DNA of 64,000 nt from Rickettsiales bacterium (GTDB lineage Bacteria > Pseudomonadota > Alphaproteobacteria > Rickettsiales > JABIRX01), in assembly GCA_018659145.1 (NCBI GenBank), contig JABJNB010000085.1:124-64123 (forward strand). The letters run 5' to 3'. The stretch's first letter is position 1. The number at the start of each line of letters is the position of its first letter. The position numbers and the translations under genes were made by a program. Below the pieces are notes generated by a model that saw only the letters and a program-made list of their open reading frames with translations, ran no database searches and had not been told where the DNA came from. Shown piece after piece: positions 8,106 through 18,710 of this stretch.

Positions 8106-11036
8106 TTATGCAGCGTCGTCGTTAGCTAAGGCATCGTTGGCTGAGTCATTTTGCTTGCTAGCTAGATTGATATTCTTTTTTAGATATTTCTTCAAATATC
8201 CACCTGTAACACTTTCTGGATTAGTAGATATTTCTTCAGGAGTACCTTCAGCTACAATCTTTCCACCCTTGTCACCACCACGTGGTCCAATATCAATGGC
8301 CCAATCTGCAGTTTTAATAACATCCATATTATGCTCAATAACAAGTACTGTGTTTCCACTATCAACTAGACGATGTAACACGCGTAGTAATTTTTTGATA
8401 TCAACAGAATGAAGACCAGTAGTTGGCTCATCAAGGATATATAAAGTTCTGCCAGTAGCTTTCTTGCATAATTCTTTAGCAAGCTTAACTCTCTGAGCCT
8501 CACCACCAGATAATGTTGTGGCGGATTGGCCTATTTTCATATAACCTAGACCTACTTCATATAATGCTTCGAACTTATCTCGGATGATAGGCATCCGTTT
8601 AAAGAAATACATAGCTTCCTCAACAGTCATAGCAAGCACATCGGCGATAGATTTGTTCTTATATTTTATTTCTAAAGTTTCTTTGTTATATCGAGCGCCT
8701 TTGCAAACATCACATAATACGTAAACATCTGGTAAGAAATGCATCTCAATTTTGATTAAGCCATCACCTTGACAATTCTCACAACGACCGCCCTTTACAT
8801 TGAATGAAAAGCGACCAGCTTTATAGCCACGAGCCTTAGATTCAGGTAAGTTGACATACCAGTCACGAATGGCCGTGAATGCTGCTGTATAAGTTGCAGG
8901 ATTTGACCTAGGAGTTCGACCAATCGGCGATTGATCAATCTCTATTATTTTATCAATATATTGCAAGCCTCTAATCTCATCATGAGGAGCCGGGGAGGCC
9001 TTAGTGCCGTTTAATTTCTTAGCTACGGCGCGATATAATGTTTCAATGATTAAAGTGGATTTACCACCACCAGATACACCGGTGATACAAGTAAATAATC
9101 CTACAGGAATCTTGCAGTTAATATTTTGTAGATTATTACCATGAGCATTAATAACTTCAATAGATCTATTGCCTTTAGGAATACGACGTTCTTTGGGAAT
9201 TGAGATGAATTCAGCACCGCTTAAATACCTACCAGTGACTGATTCAGGTACTTTTATAATTTCTTCAGGAGTACCTTCAGCTACTACTCTACCACCATAA
9301 ACGCCAGCTCCAGGTCCAATATCAACCAAGTAATCAGCTGCTATCATGGTTTCTTCATCATGCTCAACCACAATTACGGTGTTACCAAGGTCGCGTAAAT
9401 GTTTCAAGGTGTTAATCAACCTGTAATTATCAGCCTGATGTAGGCCAATAGAGGGCTCATCTAAAATGTACATCACGCCACTTAGTCCAGAACCTATTTG
9501 TGAGGCTAGTCTGATTCTTTGGCTCTCACCACCAGATAGGGTGCCAGCGTGACGATCCAAAGTTAAATATTCTAAGCCAACATCCAAAAGGAAGCCTAAT
9601 CTTCGAACAATTTCCTTTAAAACACGCTCTGCAATTTGTAGATGGGTTGGATTTAGTGTATCATTTAGACCATTAAACCAATTACTAGCATTTTCTATTG
9701 TAAGGGCCGTTATTTGACCAATGTGAAAACCATCAATTTGGATGCATAATGCTTCTGGCCTAAGTCTATAACCTTTGCACTTTCTGCAGCGTGTAACATT
9801 CTGATATTTTTCGCAATCTTCAATGATCCAATCTGTACCGGCTTCTTTTAATTTTCTTTCTAAGTAAGGTATAACGCCTTCAAAAGTCTTTTTGATGGTT
9901 TGCATGCGCAGGCCATCATGGAATCTAAATTTAATTTCTTTAGTTCCTGAGCCATACATGAGTCCTTCTCGGATCTCATCGCTTAATTTGTAATAAGGAG
10001 TCTCTAAGCTAAAGTCATAATGCTCAGATAATGCTTCTAGCACTTGCCCATAATGTTTATTTTGCATTTGGTGCCAAGGTGCTATAGCTCCTTCTGAGAT
10101 TGAAATTTCCTCATTAGGGACAATAAGTCCTTCGTCAAAATAATATTCGGTTCCCAAGCCATTACATGACTCGCAAGCGCCGTAAGGTGAGTTAAAAGAG
10201 AATAATCTTGGTTCTATTTCATCAATCGAAAAGCCTGAGTCAGGGCATGAGAATTTTTCAGAAAAACTGATGACATCACCAGTTTTGAAGTTTTCTTTTT
10301 CTTCGCCTTCAGGAACTTCTACCAACTGGATGTGCAAAAGGCCATCAGACAAGCGCAGAGCTGTTTCAATAGAGCTGGCTAATCTATTGTCCATATCTTC
10401 TTTTATGTCTAACCTATCGACCAATACTTTAATATTATGCTTTTTATTTTTGTCGATTTTAGGCAATTCTTCGACTTCGTAAAATTCGTTATCGATTTGT
10501 AGTCTTTGAAAACCTTGTTTCTTAATTTGAACGAGCTCTTTTCTATGCTCACCTTTTTGACCTTTGACGATTGGTGCTAGCAAATAAACTTTTGTGCCAA
10601 CGGGATATTTTTCTATGCGCTCAACCATATCTGTTACTGACTGGCTTTCGATTGGCTTTCCGGTTGTTGGTGAGATTGGAACTCCAATACGTGCAAATAA
10701 CAGACGCATATAGTCGTAAATCTCCGTTACCGTTGAAACTGTTGATCGGGGATTTTTAGATGTAGTTTTTTGATCAATAGCAATCGCAGGGGATAGCCCT
10801 TCTATTGATTCAACATCTGGTTTGTTTTGTAGGTTTAAAAATTGCCTGGCATATGTTGATAGACTCTCTACATATCTGCGCTGTCCTTCTGCATAGATAG
10901 TATCAAAGGCTAAAGATGATTTACCAGAGCCAGAGGGGCCTGTTACTACGATGAAACGATTTTTTGGGATCTTGATACTGATGTTTTTTAGATTATGCTC
11001 TCTTGCCTGATTAATGATTAGTTCTTTACTTGACAT
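8106..11036 (-). CDS. uvrA: Excinuclease ABC subunit A
   Basis: [11 protein letters not shown], two ABC modules ([14 protein letters not shown] and [11 protein letters not shown]) and zinc-finger cysteines (CxxC pairs). The ATG at 11036 ([18 protein letters not shown]) is preferred over the TTG at 11078. Confidence 0.97.
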   Translation of the reverse strand: MSSKELIINQAREHNLKNISIKIPKNRFIVVTGPSGSGKSSLAFDTIYAEGQRRYVESLSTYARQFLNLQNKPDVESIEGLSPAIAIDQKTTSKNPRSTVSTVTEIYDYMRLLFARIGVPISPTTGKPIESQSVTDMVERIEKYPVGTKVYLLAPIVKGQKGEHRKELVQIKKQGFQRLQIDNEFYEVEELPKIDKNKKHNIKVLVDRLDIKEDMDNRLASSIETALRLSDGLLHIQLVEVPEGEEKENFKTGDVISFSEKFSCPDSGFSIDEIEPRLFSFNSPYGACESCNGLGTEYYFDEGLIVPNEEISISEGAIAPWHQMQNKHYGQVLEALSEHYDFSLETPYYKLSDEIREGLMYGSGTKEIKFRFHDGLRMQTIKKTFEGVIPYLERKLKEAGTDWIIEDCEKYQNVTRCRKCKGYRLRPEALCIQIDGFHIGQITALTIENASNWFNGLNDTLNPTHLQIAERVLKEIVRRLGFLLDVGLEYLTLDRHAGTLSGGESQRIRLASQIGSGLSGVMYILDEPSIGLHQADNYRLINTLKHLRDLGNTVIVVEHDEETMIAADYLVDIGPGAGVYGGRVVAEGTPEEIIKVPESVTGRYLSGAEFISIPKERRIPKGNRSIEVINAHGNNLQNINCKIPVGLFTCITGVSGGGKSTLIIETLYRAVAKKLNGTKASPAPHDEIRGLQYIDKIIEIDQSPIGRTPRSNPATYTAAFTAIRDWYVNLPESKARGYKAGRFSFNVKGGRCENCQGDGLIKIEMHFLPDVYVLCDVCKGARYNKETLEIKYKNKSIADVLAMTVEEAMYFFKRMPIIRDKFEALYEVGLGYMKIGQSATTLSGGEAQRVKLAKELCKKATGRTLYILDEPTTGLHSVDIKKLLRVLHRLVDSGNTVLVIEHNMDVIKTADWAIDIGPRGGDKGGKIVAEGTPEEISTNPESVTGGYLKKYLKKNINLASKQNDSANDALANDDAA

Positions 11037-11162
11037 ATCTCGATATTTTTTTCGATTTATTAACTTGAATACTGGCAAACTTCATATAAGCTCCAGCCAC
11101 TTATAGTCTATAGAATCATAAGTTTAAAGTTTTTTTATAATAAATATTTGCAGGTATTAAAG

Positions 11163-11657
11163 ATGGCTGGTTCAGTAAATAAAGTTATTTTAGTTGGTAA
11201 TTTGGGCGGCAATCCTGAGATTAGGAGTGCTCAAGATGGTAAAGAGATTGCTAACTTTTCTCTCGCGACTACCGAAAGCTGGAAAGATAAAAATACTGGT
11301 GAGCGTAAGGACAAAACTGAGTGGCATCGTGTGGTAATATTTAGCCCAGCGCTTGTCAATATTGCAAAGCAATATCTTAAGAAGGGCGCAAAGGTTTATG
11401 TTGAGGGAGCTTTGCAAACACGCAAATGGGTTGATAATAATGGTGCTGACAAATACACAACAGAAGTTGTTCTGACAGGCTTTAACTCGAATTTTACTAT
11501 GCTAGATGGCGCTAGTGGCGCTAGTGGCCCTAGTGGTAACCAAGGTTATTCGCCAAGCAATAACTCTAATTCGGCCCCAGCTGCTTCTCCAAAAAATAAC
11601 AAGGATACTAATCTCCAAAATTTTGAAGATGAGTTTGATGACGAGATACCGTTCTAG
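11163..11657 (+). CDS. ssb: Single-stranded DNA-binding protein
   Basis: OB-fold N-terminus [16 protein letters not shown], a Gly/Ser/Asn-rich linker and the acidic tail DDEIPF. Divergent from uvrA, the classical arrangement. ATG at 11163. Confidence 0.95.
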   Translation: MAGSVNKVILVGNLGGNPEIRSAQDGKEIANFSLATTESWKDKNTGERKDKTEWHRVVIFSPALVNIAKQYLKKGAKVYVEGALQTRKWVDNNGADKYTTEVVLTGFNSNFTMLDGASGASGPSGNQGYSPSNNSNSAPAASPKNNKDTNLQNFEDEFDDEIPF

Positions 11658-11780
11658 TTCTAAATAATTTTTTATTTAAGTATTTTGTGATTTAGGTTCT
11701 TCTTTGTAGATGCATGATGTTACCATAATGTGCCTACAAATTTTTTATTTATAACTTGCAACTAATAATATTTTATTATC

Positions 11781-12974
11781 ATGCTTAGCCCATTACTTAA
11801 CGTATATAATCGATGTGATATTTCCTTTGTTAAAGGCAAGGGGGCGTATCTTTATGCTGATAACGGCAGGGAGTATGTAGACTTTAGTAGTGGAGTGGCG
11901 GTAAACTCTCTTGGTCATAATCATCCAGCATTGGTTAAGACACTGCAAGATGCGGCTACTTTCCCATGGCATGTGTCAAATTTGTATAAAATTCCAGGAC
12001 AAGAGCAATTAGCGCAAAAGTTAGTCGATAATACCGGGCTTGATTATGTTTATTTTTGTAATTCTGGGGCAGAAGCAGTTGAGACTGCAATTAAGATAGT
12101 TCGAAAATATAACCATGATAATAATACCAATAAAACAGAGATATTAACCTTCGAACATGCTTTCCATGGGCGTACGATTGCAGCTATCTCTGCTGCTGGA
12201 TCGGAAAAGTATCAGCAAGGTTATGCCCCGTTATTGCCAGGGTTTACCGTGATCCCATCGGTGCACCATAATGATATAGAGGCTGTTGAAGGATATGTCT
12301 CCGAGCAAACATCAGCAATTATGTTGGAGCCAATTCAGGGCGAGGGTGGCATCAATGTTTTCTCGCAAAAGTTTTTACAAAGCCTTAGTAAATTATGTCA
12401 AGCTCGCAATATTGCTTTGATATTGGACGAAGTGCAATGTGGGGTTGGTAGGACAGGAAAGTTATTTCATTATTTGTGGCATGATATTAAGCCGGATATT
12501 ATTTGCTCTGCGAAGGGTATCGGGGGTGGATTCCCATTAAGTGCTTGTATTACTAACCTAGAATATGGATCTTGCATGATACCAGGTAGTCATGGTGGTA
12601 CCTACGGAGGTAACCCTTTGGCTATGAGTGTAGGGAATTGTATAATTGATGAAATTTTAAGTGATGGATTTCTAGAAAATGTTATTAAAGGTGGTGATTT
12701 TTTTAAAGCTAGTTTAGTTGAGCTGCAAAGAGAATTTCCTGAAATAATTACTGAAGTTAAAGGCTTGGGATTCTTATTGGGGCTTAAAATTAAAAATAAC
12801 TATATCAAGCTTGCCGATAGTCTGCGAATAGAAGGTGTTTTGACGGTGCCTGCCAGCAATGATGTAATACGTTTTATGCCTCCGCTCATTATAAAAGAAG
12901 AAGATATTGCTCTTGGTATAAAAAGATGCCGTAATGCGTTAACTAAATTTAAGGCAGAGGGTTTAAATGACTAA
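11781..12974 (+). CDS. argD: Acetylornithine aminotransferase (class III PLP aminotransferase)
   Basis: Motifs NSGAEAVE, LILDEVQCGVGRTGK and SAKGIGGGFPL (PLP lysine). Adjacent to argF. Confidence 0.9.
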   Translation: MLSPLLNVYNRCDISFVKGKGAYLYADNGREYVDFSSGVAVNSLGHNHPALVKTLQDAATFPWHVSNLYKIPGQEQLAQKLVDNTGLDYVYFCNSGAEAVETAIKIVRKYNHDNNTNKTEILTFEHAFHGRTIAAISAAGSEKYQQGYAPLLPGFTVIPSVHHNDIEAVEGYVSEQTSAIMLEPIQGEGGINVFSQKFLQSLSKLCQARNIALILDEVQCGVGRTGKLFHYLWHDIKPDIICSAKGIGGGFPLSACITNLEYGSCMIPGSHGGTYGGNPLAMSVGNCIIDEILSDGFLENVIKGGDFFKASLVELQREFPEIITEVKGLGFLLGLKIKNNYIKLADSLRIEGVLTVPASNDVIRFMPPLIIKEEDIALGIKRCRNALTKFKAEGLND

Positions 12975-13866
12975 GCAAACAAACTTTATAACTTATGATG
13001 ATTTTACAGCAGATCAGCTAAAAGGTATTATTGATCAGGCTATTTTATTAAAGAAAAACCCATATCAGTCATTATTGCATAATAAGCAATTGGTTATGAT
13101 CTTTCAAAAAAATTCTACTCGGACGAGGTTATCTTTTGAGATTGGTATGAATCAACTAGACGGGAATGCTGTTTTTTTAAGCAGTGATCAGTCGCAACTT
13201 GGTCGCGGTGAGATCATTGAAGATACGGCTCAGGTAATATCGCGTTATGCTGATATTGTGATGATTCGAGCAAATAGTCATGAAGATGTTCTTAAATTTG
13301 CGGAAAATGCGACAATACCTGTGATTAATGGTTTAACAGATTATAATCACCCTTGTCAGATCCTAGCAGACATTATGGCTTATACAGAGCATCGTGGTTC
13401 TATAGAGGGTAAGAAAGTTGCGTGGATCGGTGATGGTAATAATGTTTGTACTAGTTGGATTGAAGCGAGTCATAAATTTAATTTTGCTTTGCATATTGCT
13501 GTACCGAGTAAGTATGCAGCGGATAAAGTAGCATTGGACTTGGCAGCTAGCTATAATGCAAATATTACAATTACAGATGATCCTGCAGACGCATGTCGGA
13601 ATGCTGATCTTGTTACAACAGATAGTTGGGTATCAATGGGAGATCTGGATGCGGATGAGCGTATGGAAGCCTTAGCCCCATTTCAAGTGACTAGAGAGTT
13701 AATGGCGCTGGCTGGGCCACAGGCTCTGTTCATGCATTGCTTGCCAGCTCATCGAGGAGAGGAAGCCGAAACAGAGGTTATTGATGGCCCTGGGTCGGTT
13801 ATTTTTGATGAAGCAGAAAATAGATTACATGTACAAAAAGCAGTGATGTGCTACTTATTAACCTGA
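12967..13866 (+). CDS. argF: Ornithine carbamoyltransferase
   Basis: STRTR carbamoyl-phosphate motif, HPCQ and HCLPAHRGEE. Overlaps the argD stop by 8 nt. Confidence 0.92.
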   Translation: MTKQTNFITYDDFTADQLKGIIDQAILLKKNPYQSLLHNKQLVMIFQKNSTRTRLSFEIGMNQLDGNAVFLSSDQSQLGRGEIIEDTAQVISRYADIVMIRANSHEDVLKFAENATIPVINGLTDYNHPCQILADIMAYTEHRGSIEGKKVAWIGDGNNVCTSWIEASHKFNFALHIAVPSKYAADKVALDLAASYNANITITDDPADACRNADLVTTDSWVSMGDLDADERMEALAPFQVTRELMALAGPQALFMHCLPAHRGEEAETEVIDGPGSVIFDEAENRLHVQKAVMCYLLT

Positions 13867-13880
13867 ATATTATTAAAACT

Positions 13881-14678
13881 ATGAGAGCTTTATTGGAAAA
13901 GAAGCATTGTCAGGAAAAAATTGTTGCGATTTCATGCTACACAGCTCCAATAGCTCATATCTGCGCTGCTCATGCCGATATTATCTTAGTTGGCGATACG
14001 GTGGGGATGACAATTTATGGTCACAGTGATACTAAAAGTGTGACCTTGGATATGATGGTTAATCATGGCAGGGCAGTTTGTGATGCTGCATCGGATACTA
14101 ACTTTGTTATTGTTGATATGCCATATGGCACATATGAGTCTGATAAATATTTAGCTTTGAGTAATGCGCAGCGGCTTTTATCTGAAACAGGGGCTGATGC
14201 TGTGAAGTTGGAAGGGGGTACTGAAATATCTGAAAGCCTGCGTTTTTTGAAAGAAAATAATATTCAGATTGTAGGGCATATCGGTTTATTACCACAGCAA
14301 TTCGGCCAAGATAAGAAATATACCGTGCAAGGCAAAGTCAAGTTAGAGCAACAAAAAATTAAGGATGATTTAGATTTGCTATTAGAAATAGGTGTAGGTA
14401 TTATCTTTATAGAGTGTGTTTATAAAGAATTTGCAGATGTTTTAATGCAGGATAAACCGAGTATTTTTATTGGTATAGGCGCATCTGATGAATGTGATGG
14501 TCAGGTTTTAGTATCTGATGATATTTTGGGTTTAACTTATAAAATGAAGCCGCCTAAATTTGCTAAAACATATATCAATGGTAATGAAATTTTTGATCAA
14601 GCTATCTCTCAGTTCAGCCAGGATATACGTAATAAAGAATTCCCATCCTTAGATAACCTATATAGGCGCAAGTCATGA
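13881..14678 (+). CDS. panB: 3-methyl-2-oxobutanoate hydroxymethyltransferase
   Basis: Motifs VGDTVGMTIYGH, VDMPYGTY, KLEGG and GHIGLLPQ. The ATG at 13881 is preferred over the upstream start at 13848 in the ORF track. Confidence 0.9.
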   Translation: MRALLEKKHCQEKIVAISCYTAPIAHICAAHADIILVGDTVGMTIYGHSDTKSVTLDMMVNHGRAVCDAASDTNFVIVDMPYGTYESDKYLALSNAQRLLSETGADAVKLEGGTEISESLRFLKENNIQIVGHIGLLPQQFGQDKKYTVQGKVKLEQQKIKDDLDLLLEIGVGIIFIECVYKEFADVLMQDKPSIFIGIGASDECDGQVLVSDDILGLTYKMKPPKFAKTYINGNEIFDQAISQFSQDIRNKEFPSLDNLYRRKS

Positions 14679-16714
14679 TAAAACATATATATTCCCTAGT
14701 TACATATTTCGCTATTTGTTTGGGGCTATTTGTCACACCTATTACGGCACAAGAATCTGGTAATCATACTAGTGGCAATTATGCTGAAATTACATTAACG
14801 CCACAATATTTGCAAAGCCAAGCGGGCGACAGTATTAATTTGCTGCTTACTTTAGATTTACGGGAGAATTGGCATAGTTATTGGGAGAACCCGGGGGATT
14901 CTGGCTATCCAGTGACTTTAGAGATTAGGGCGCAGGAGAATGCAAAAATTATAGGGCAAACATCACAAATCCCTGAAATCATAGCATTCGATAATCTTGT
15001 TAATTACGGTTATCATGACAAGTTTTATATTAATTATAATTTAGAGCTCAATAAAGATTTAAGAAAGGGCGGGCATAAAATTAATCTAGAGCTGGCTTAT
15101 CTGGTTTGTAAGGATATTTGCATTCCTGAGTTCATGGATCTAGATTTCGAGATTACAATTGCAGAGGATAAAGTAGTCAATGCAGAATATAGCGAGTTAC
15201 TTGCTCAGAGTCAAAAGAGTTTCCCTCGTGATACTATCACTAATGCCCGGTTTAATATAGAGGATGATTTTGTTGTATTGGCTATCGACAAGGCTAGCAT
15301 ACCCAGCCTAACTCAGCTATATTTCTTTCCTAAGACTCATTCATTTCTAAAATATGAATTGGAGCAGGTGAGTCAAGTTATAGATCAAATTTATTTTAAA
15401 TTTCCGTATGATAATGATAGAGAGGTTGATCAATTAGTAGGTGTCTTGCAGACTTCTGGCGGAGGTATTGATATACAAGCGGAGTATGATCAGGATTTGC
15501 TATATCCTGCTGATTTGTCGCTAGATATTGTATATTTAGCAAAATTAATACTTTATGCAATTATTGGCGGAATAATTTTAAATTTCATGCCATGTGTATT
15601 TCCGGTCTTATCGCTTAAATGTCTGCATATAGCAAATAGCAAAAATAAGAAATTATCTGAAATCAAGCGATCAGCCTTTTTCTATCTCTTGGGAATAGAG
15701 GTTAGTTTTGTTATTTTTGCTGTTTTGATTATTTTATTAAAAAAAGCAGGCTTTGCTATTGGCTGGGGCTTTCATATGCAGTCAGCTTATTTTGTTGGAT
15801 TTTTGATAATGCTATTTTACTTAATAGCGCTGAATCTTAGCGATATTTTTACGTTAAATAATTTTTACTTATCTAACGCGAATTATAAATCGAGTAGCGA
15901 ATCCGTAAATAGCTTTTTGTCGGGAGCGTTAATGACTATTGTTGCCACGCCTTGCACTGGGCCCTTTATGGCTGCGGCAATAGGCTTTGCTTTTACCCAG
16001 GCCAATGCTGTTATTTATCTGATATTTTTGGCTTTGGGCTTTGGCCTAGCGCTACCGGTAATACTGATCTCATTAAGCGAGGTATTTATTCGCTTTATTC
16101 CCAGGTCTGGCAAATGGCTAATTAGTTTTAAGCAATTTTTAGCATTTCCTTTTTACCTAACTGTGGTGTGGTTATTGTGGATTTTCAATAACTTAACTAA
16201 TACGGATCTGTTATTCTTATTTATAATTACTTTATTGGTTATAACTTTTACTATCTGGATGATCGGTAAATTACATAACCCCTTATTTAAGATAGCTCTG
16301 GTCATTTTGACGGTTCTTGCGCCATATTGTTTTTATAATCACGTGAGCATGAGCGCAGGAAGCTCACCATCATCACAATATTTATATACTGCTGATTATT
16401 CCGAAAAATTAGTACAGAAATTAGTGCTGAAAAATAAGAAAATCTTTATAAATGTTACGGCGGATTGGTGTATCACTTGTCAATATAATAAAGTTCGGAG
16501 TTTTGGTACAAGTGAAGTTATCGAGTTCTTTAATCGTAATGAGATTCATTATATTGAAGCAGACTGGACTCATTACAATGCCGAAATAACAGCTCTGCTT
16601 GCAAAGTATGATAGGTCTGGAATCCCACTATATCTTTATATTGATCAAGGCGAAACTATGGTATTGCCACAGCTACTATCGCGAGAAGATATTTTTCAAA
16701 TGGTAAAAAGATAG
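14675..16714 (+). CDS. dsbD: Thiol:disulfide interchange protein, DsbD/ScsB family
   Basis: Signal peptide and an N-terminal periplasmic domain with CKDICIPE. CcdA-type membrane core with FMPCVFPVL and ATPCTGPF. C-terminal thioredoxin fold with WCITC. Its start overlaps the panB stop (ATGA). Confidence 0.85.
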   Translation: MIKHIYSLVTYFAICLGLFVTPITAQESGNHTSGNYAEITLTPQYLQSQAGDSINLLLTLDLRENWHSYWENPGDSGYPVTLEIRAQENAKIIGQTSQIPEIIAFDNLVNYGYHDKFYINYNLELNKDLRKGGHKINLELAYLVCKDICIPEFMDLDFEITIAEDKVVNAEYSELLAQSQKSFPRDTITNARFNIEDDFVVLAIDKASIPSLTQLYFFPKTHSFLKYELEQVSQVIDQIYFKFPYDNDREVDQLVGVLQTSGGGIDIQAEYDQDLLYPADLSLDIVYLAKLILYAIIGGIILNFMPCVFPVLSLKCLHIANSKNKKLSEIKRSAFFYLLGIEVSFVIFAVLIILLKKAGFAIGWGFHMQSAYFVGFLIMLFYLIALNLSDIFTLNNFYLSNANYKSSSESVNSFLSGALMTIVATPCTGPFMAAAIGFAFTQANAVIYLIFLALGFGLALPVILISLSEVFIRFIPRSGKWLISFKQFLAFPFYLTVVWLLWIFNNLTNTDLLFLFIITLLVITFTIWMIGKLHNPLFKIALVILTVLAPYCFYNHVSMSAGSSPSSQYLYTADYSEKLVQKLVLKNKKIFINVTADWCITCQYNKVRSFGTSEVIEFFNRNEIHYIEADWTHYNAEITALLAKYDRSGIPLYLYIDQGETMVLPQLLSREDIFQMVKR

Positions 16715-16826
16715 CACTCTATTTATTTGCAAGCTAGTTTAGCGCGATCGTTTATATCTATATAAAATCAGCGATTTTTTATTGTATTGTTATGAACCTG
16801 TTTATAAATACGTAATAAATACCAGT

Positions 16827-16890
16827 GAGACAGGCCCATTAAGCTCCTGTCTTGAATCAAAATCTTTATAACTTTTATTCAAGACAGGGC
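16827..16890. repeat. Short derivative of family T repeat
   Basis: gagacaggccc (16827-16837) followed by the palindrome cctgtcttgaatcaaaatc...ttattcaagacagg (16846-16888). These are the same end motifs as the family T termini. Confidence 0.55.
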
Positions 16891-17008
16891 TTGTTAAGGC
16901 TGATATTGAGCTTGGTACATAGAAGATTCTTACCAAGGGTATTTTTTGATTGTATTTAGGGTTTTACCTTGCTAAGGTGGAAGCGTTTTTTTAACCCTAG
17001 AGGTACCC

Positions 17009-18079
17009 ATGATACATATCGCAGAATATATTTGGATTGATGGCACAAATCCAGTTCCGTTAGTTAGATCAAAATCAAAAGTCTTTGCCCGGGATTATCT
17101 CGGTGAAGTGACATTAGATCAATTTTCAGAATGGAGCTTTGATGGATCTTCTACTAATCAAGCCAATGGTCATGATTCTGATTGTATTTTAAAACCGGTA
17201 AATTTTGTAAAAGACCCTATAAGAGGTGAAGGTAATTACTTGGTTTTATGTGAGGTGTTCTTACCAAATGGTGAAATCCACTCAACAAACACCAGGGCAA
17301 AGCTTAGAGAAGCTCTGGATAATGGTGGAGATGAGCATAATGCATGGGGTGGTTTTGAACAAGAATATATACTTTATAGTGATGGCAAGCCTTTAGGTTG
17401 GCCTGAAAAGGGTTTCCCAGCTCCGCAGGGACCTTATTATTGTGGTGTTGGGGCCGAACAGGCATCAGGGCGTCACATTGTTGAAGAACATTACCTTGCT
17501 TGTGCTGAGGCGGGTATTTTGATTTATGGTATTAATGCAGAAGTAATGCTTGGCCAGTGGGAATTTCAGGTCGGTTACAGGGGTTTTGATGACGAAGCTG
17601 TTGGCATCCTTAATGTTTCAGATCATACATGGTTGGCTAGATGGTTATTATATCGTATCGCAGAAGATTATCATGTTGAAGTTTCATTGGATAATAAGCC
17701 AATGAAAGGTAGCTGGAATGGTTCTGGTATGCATACAAATTTTTCAACTAATGCAACTAGAGATCCTAAGACAGGCCTGCAGGCTATTAAGGAAGCTACA
17801 ATAGCTTTAGAAGAAAATCATGCAGAGCATATAGCTGTTTATGGGCATTTGTTGCATGAGCGTTTAACGGGTGAGTATGAAACATCAGATATTAATGATT
17901 TCTCAGCTGGTGCTGCAGATAGAAGCTGCTCTATTCGTATTCCAAAGCCTGTGGAAATTGCTGGTTATGGTTATTTTGAAGATAGAAGACCTGGTGCCAA
18001 CTCAGATCCGTATGAAATTTCAGCGGCTTTGATCAATACTGTTTGTTTAGGTAAAAAATCTAGTAAAAAATTAGCGTAA
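17009..18079 (+). CDS. glnII: Glutamine synthetase type II (eukaryote-like GSII)
   Basis: 356 aa. N-terminus AEYIWIDG, then GWPEKGFPAPQGPYYCGVG, QWEFQVG and GSGMHTNFS, all hallmarks of type II rather than type I GS. Confidence 0.9.
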   Translation: MIHIAEYIWIDGTNPVPLVRSKSKVFARDYLGEVTLDQFSEWSFDGSSTNQANGHDSDCILKPVNFVKDPIRGEGNYLVLCEVFLPNGEIHSTNTRAKLREALDNGGDEHNAWGGFEQEYILYSDGKPLGWPEKGFPAPQGPYYCGVGAEQASGRHIVEEHYLACAEAGILIYGINAEVMLGQWEFQVGYRGFDDEAVGILNVSDHTWLARWLLYRIAEDYHVEVSLDNKPMKGSWNGSGMHTNFSTNATRDPKTGLQAIKEATIALEENHAEHIAVYGHLLHERLTGEYETSDINDFSAGAADRSCSIRIPKPVEIAGYGYFEDRRPGANSDPYEISAALINTVCLGKKSSKKLA

Positions 18080-18119
18080 CTACACAAATAGAATATTTTA
18101 TCATAAAATACTTAAAAAT

Positions 18120-18146
18120 GGCGTCCTATATGGGCGCTTTTTTTTA
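18120..18146 (+). terminator. Rho-independent terminator of glnII
   Basis: Stem gcgtcc/gggcgc (one G-U pair) with loop tatat, followed by eight T residues, about 40 nt after the glnII stop. Confidence 0.5.
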
Positions 18147-18264
18147 TTTGTAGGGAAACCCTTTGCAGGGGAGGTTCCACGTGCATTGCTGTCCGAAAAC
18201 AAGAGAGATTTATATTTGCAAAAGCATATAAGGGGCGAGGTCCCATAAGCGTTAACCATAATTG

Positions 18265-18441
18265 GCAAAAGAACTATGCCTAGCAAGATATTCTCAATAT
18301 TAATTAAATATTGTAGAGACGCAAAATCTTGCTTCTGGTGAGTGCAAGATACAAATACATAATTATCGTCGAAATGTTGAGGAGATTGGAGTGTTTCTAT
18401 TTGTTTTAAGTTGGCCACCAGGCGGCATGATGATGCGTCTC
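18265..18441. repeat. Dispersed repeat, family R (copy 1)
   Basis: Shares long blocks with 29185-29378: caaaagaact.tgcctag, ctcaatattaatta, tattgtagagacgcaaaatcttgc, gatacaaatacataattatcgtcgaaat, ttggagt, tttaagttg and catgat.atgcgtctc. Confidence 0.7.
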
Positions 18442-18513
18442 GGTGAGGGTCCGATATATTACGCAAGTAAGCAATGAAGAATATATGTTATCAATAGCTC
18501 TGGTTAGCGCTTA

Positions 18514-18702
18514 TGGGGCGGGGTTGTACCGCCCGTGAATAAGTTAGGAACCTCGATCCTACATAATGGGCTTGCCTCGAATCAAAGTCACAAATTTTTT
18601 TCTTCTTAAAAGATGTATAATTTATTTTGGATAGCTTTAGCTATTCAAAAAATCCAAGATCTTAAGAATAAAAATCTTTGCAATTTTGATTTAAGACAGG
18701 CC
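18514..18702. repeat. Composite: truncated GC-rich palindrome, ctcgatcctac linker and a full family T element
   Basis: ggggcggggttgtaccgccc, then ctcgatcctacataatg (also at 25406-25422). Family T follows, with imperfect ~26-bp inverted ends ggcttgcctcgaatcaaagtcacaaa / tttgcaattttgatttaagacaggcc. Confidence 0.6.
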
Positions 18703-18710
18703 CATAATAA

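Noticed and set aside
8137-10759. Plus-strand ORFs 8137..8412, 10270..10482 and 10571..10759, and similar short ORFs opposite htpG, pgi, asnB-like, folC, manC, the UbiA gene and others.
   Set aside because: They are antisense to long genes with unambiguous conserved motifs, have low-complexity translations, and are typical shadow ORFs in AT-rich DNA.
11037-11162. LexA/SOS box in the divergent uvrA-ssb spacer.
   Set aside because: There is no GTTC-N7-GTTC (alphaproteobacterial) or CTGT-N8-ACAG (gammaproteobacterial) motif.
18101-18466. 121-aa ORF between glnII and htpG.
   Set aside because: It is composed of terminator and family R repeat sequence. Its counterpart in the second R copy is not open in the same way.
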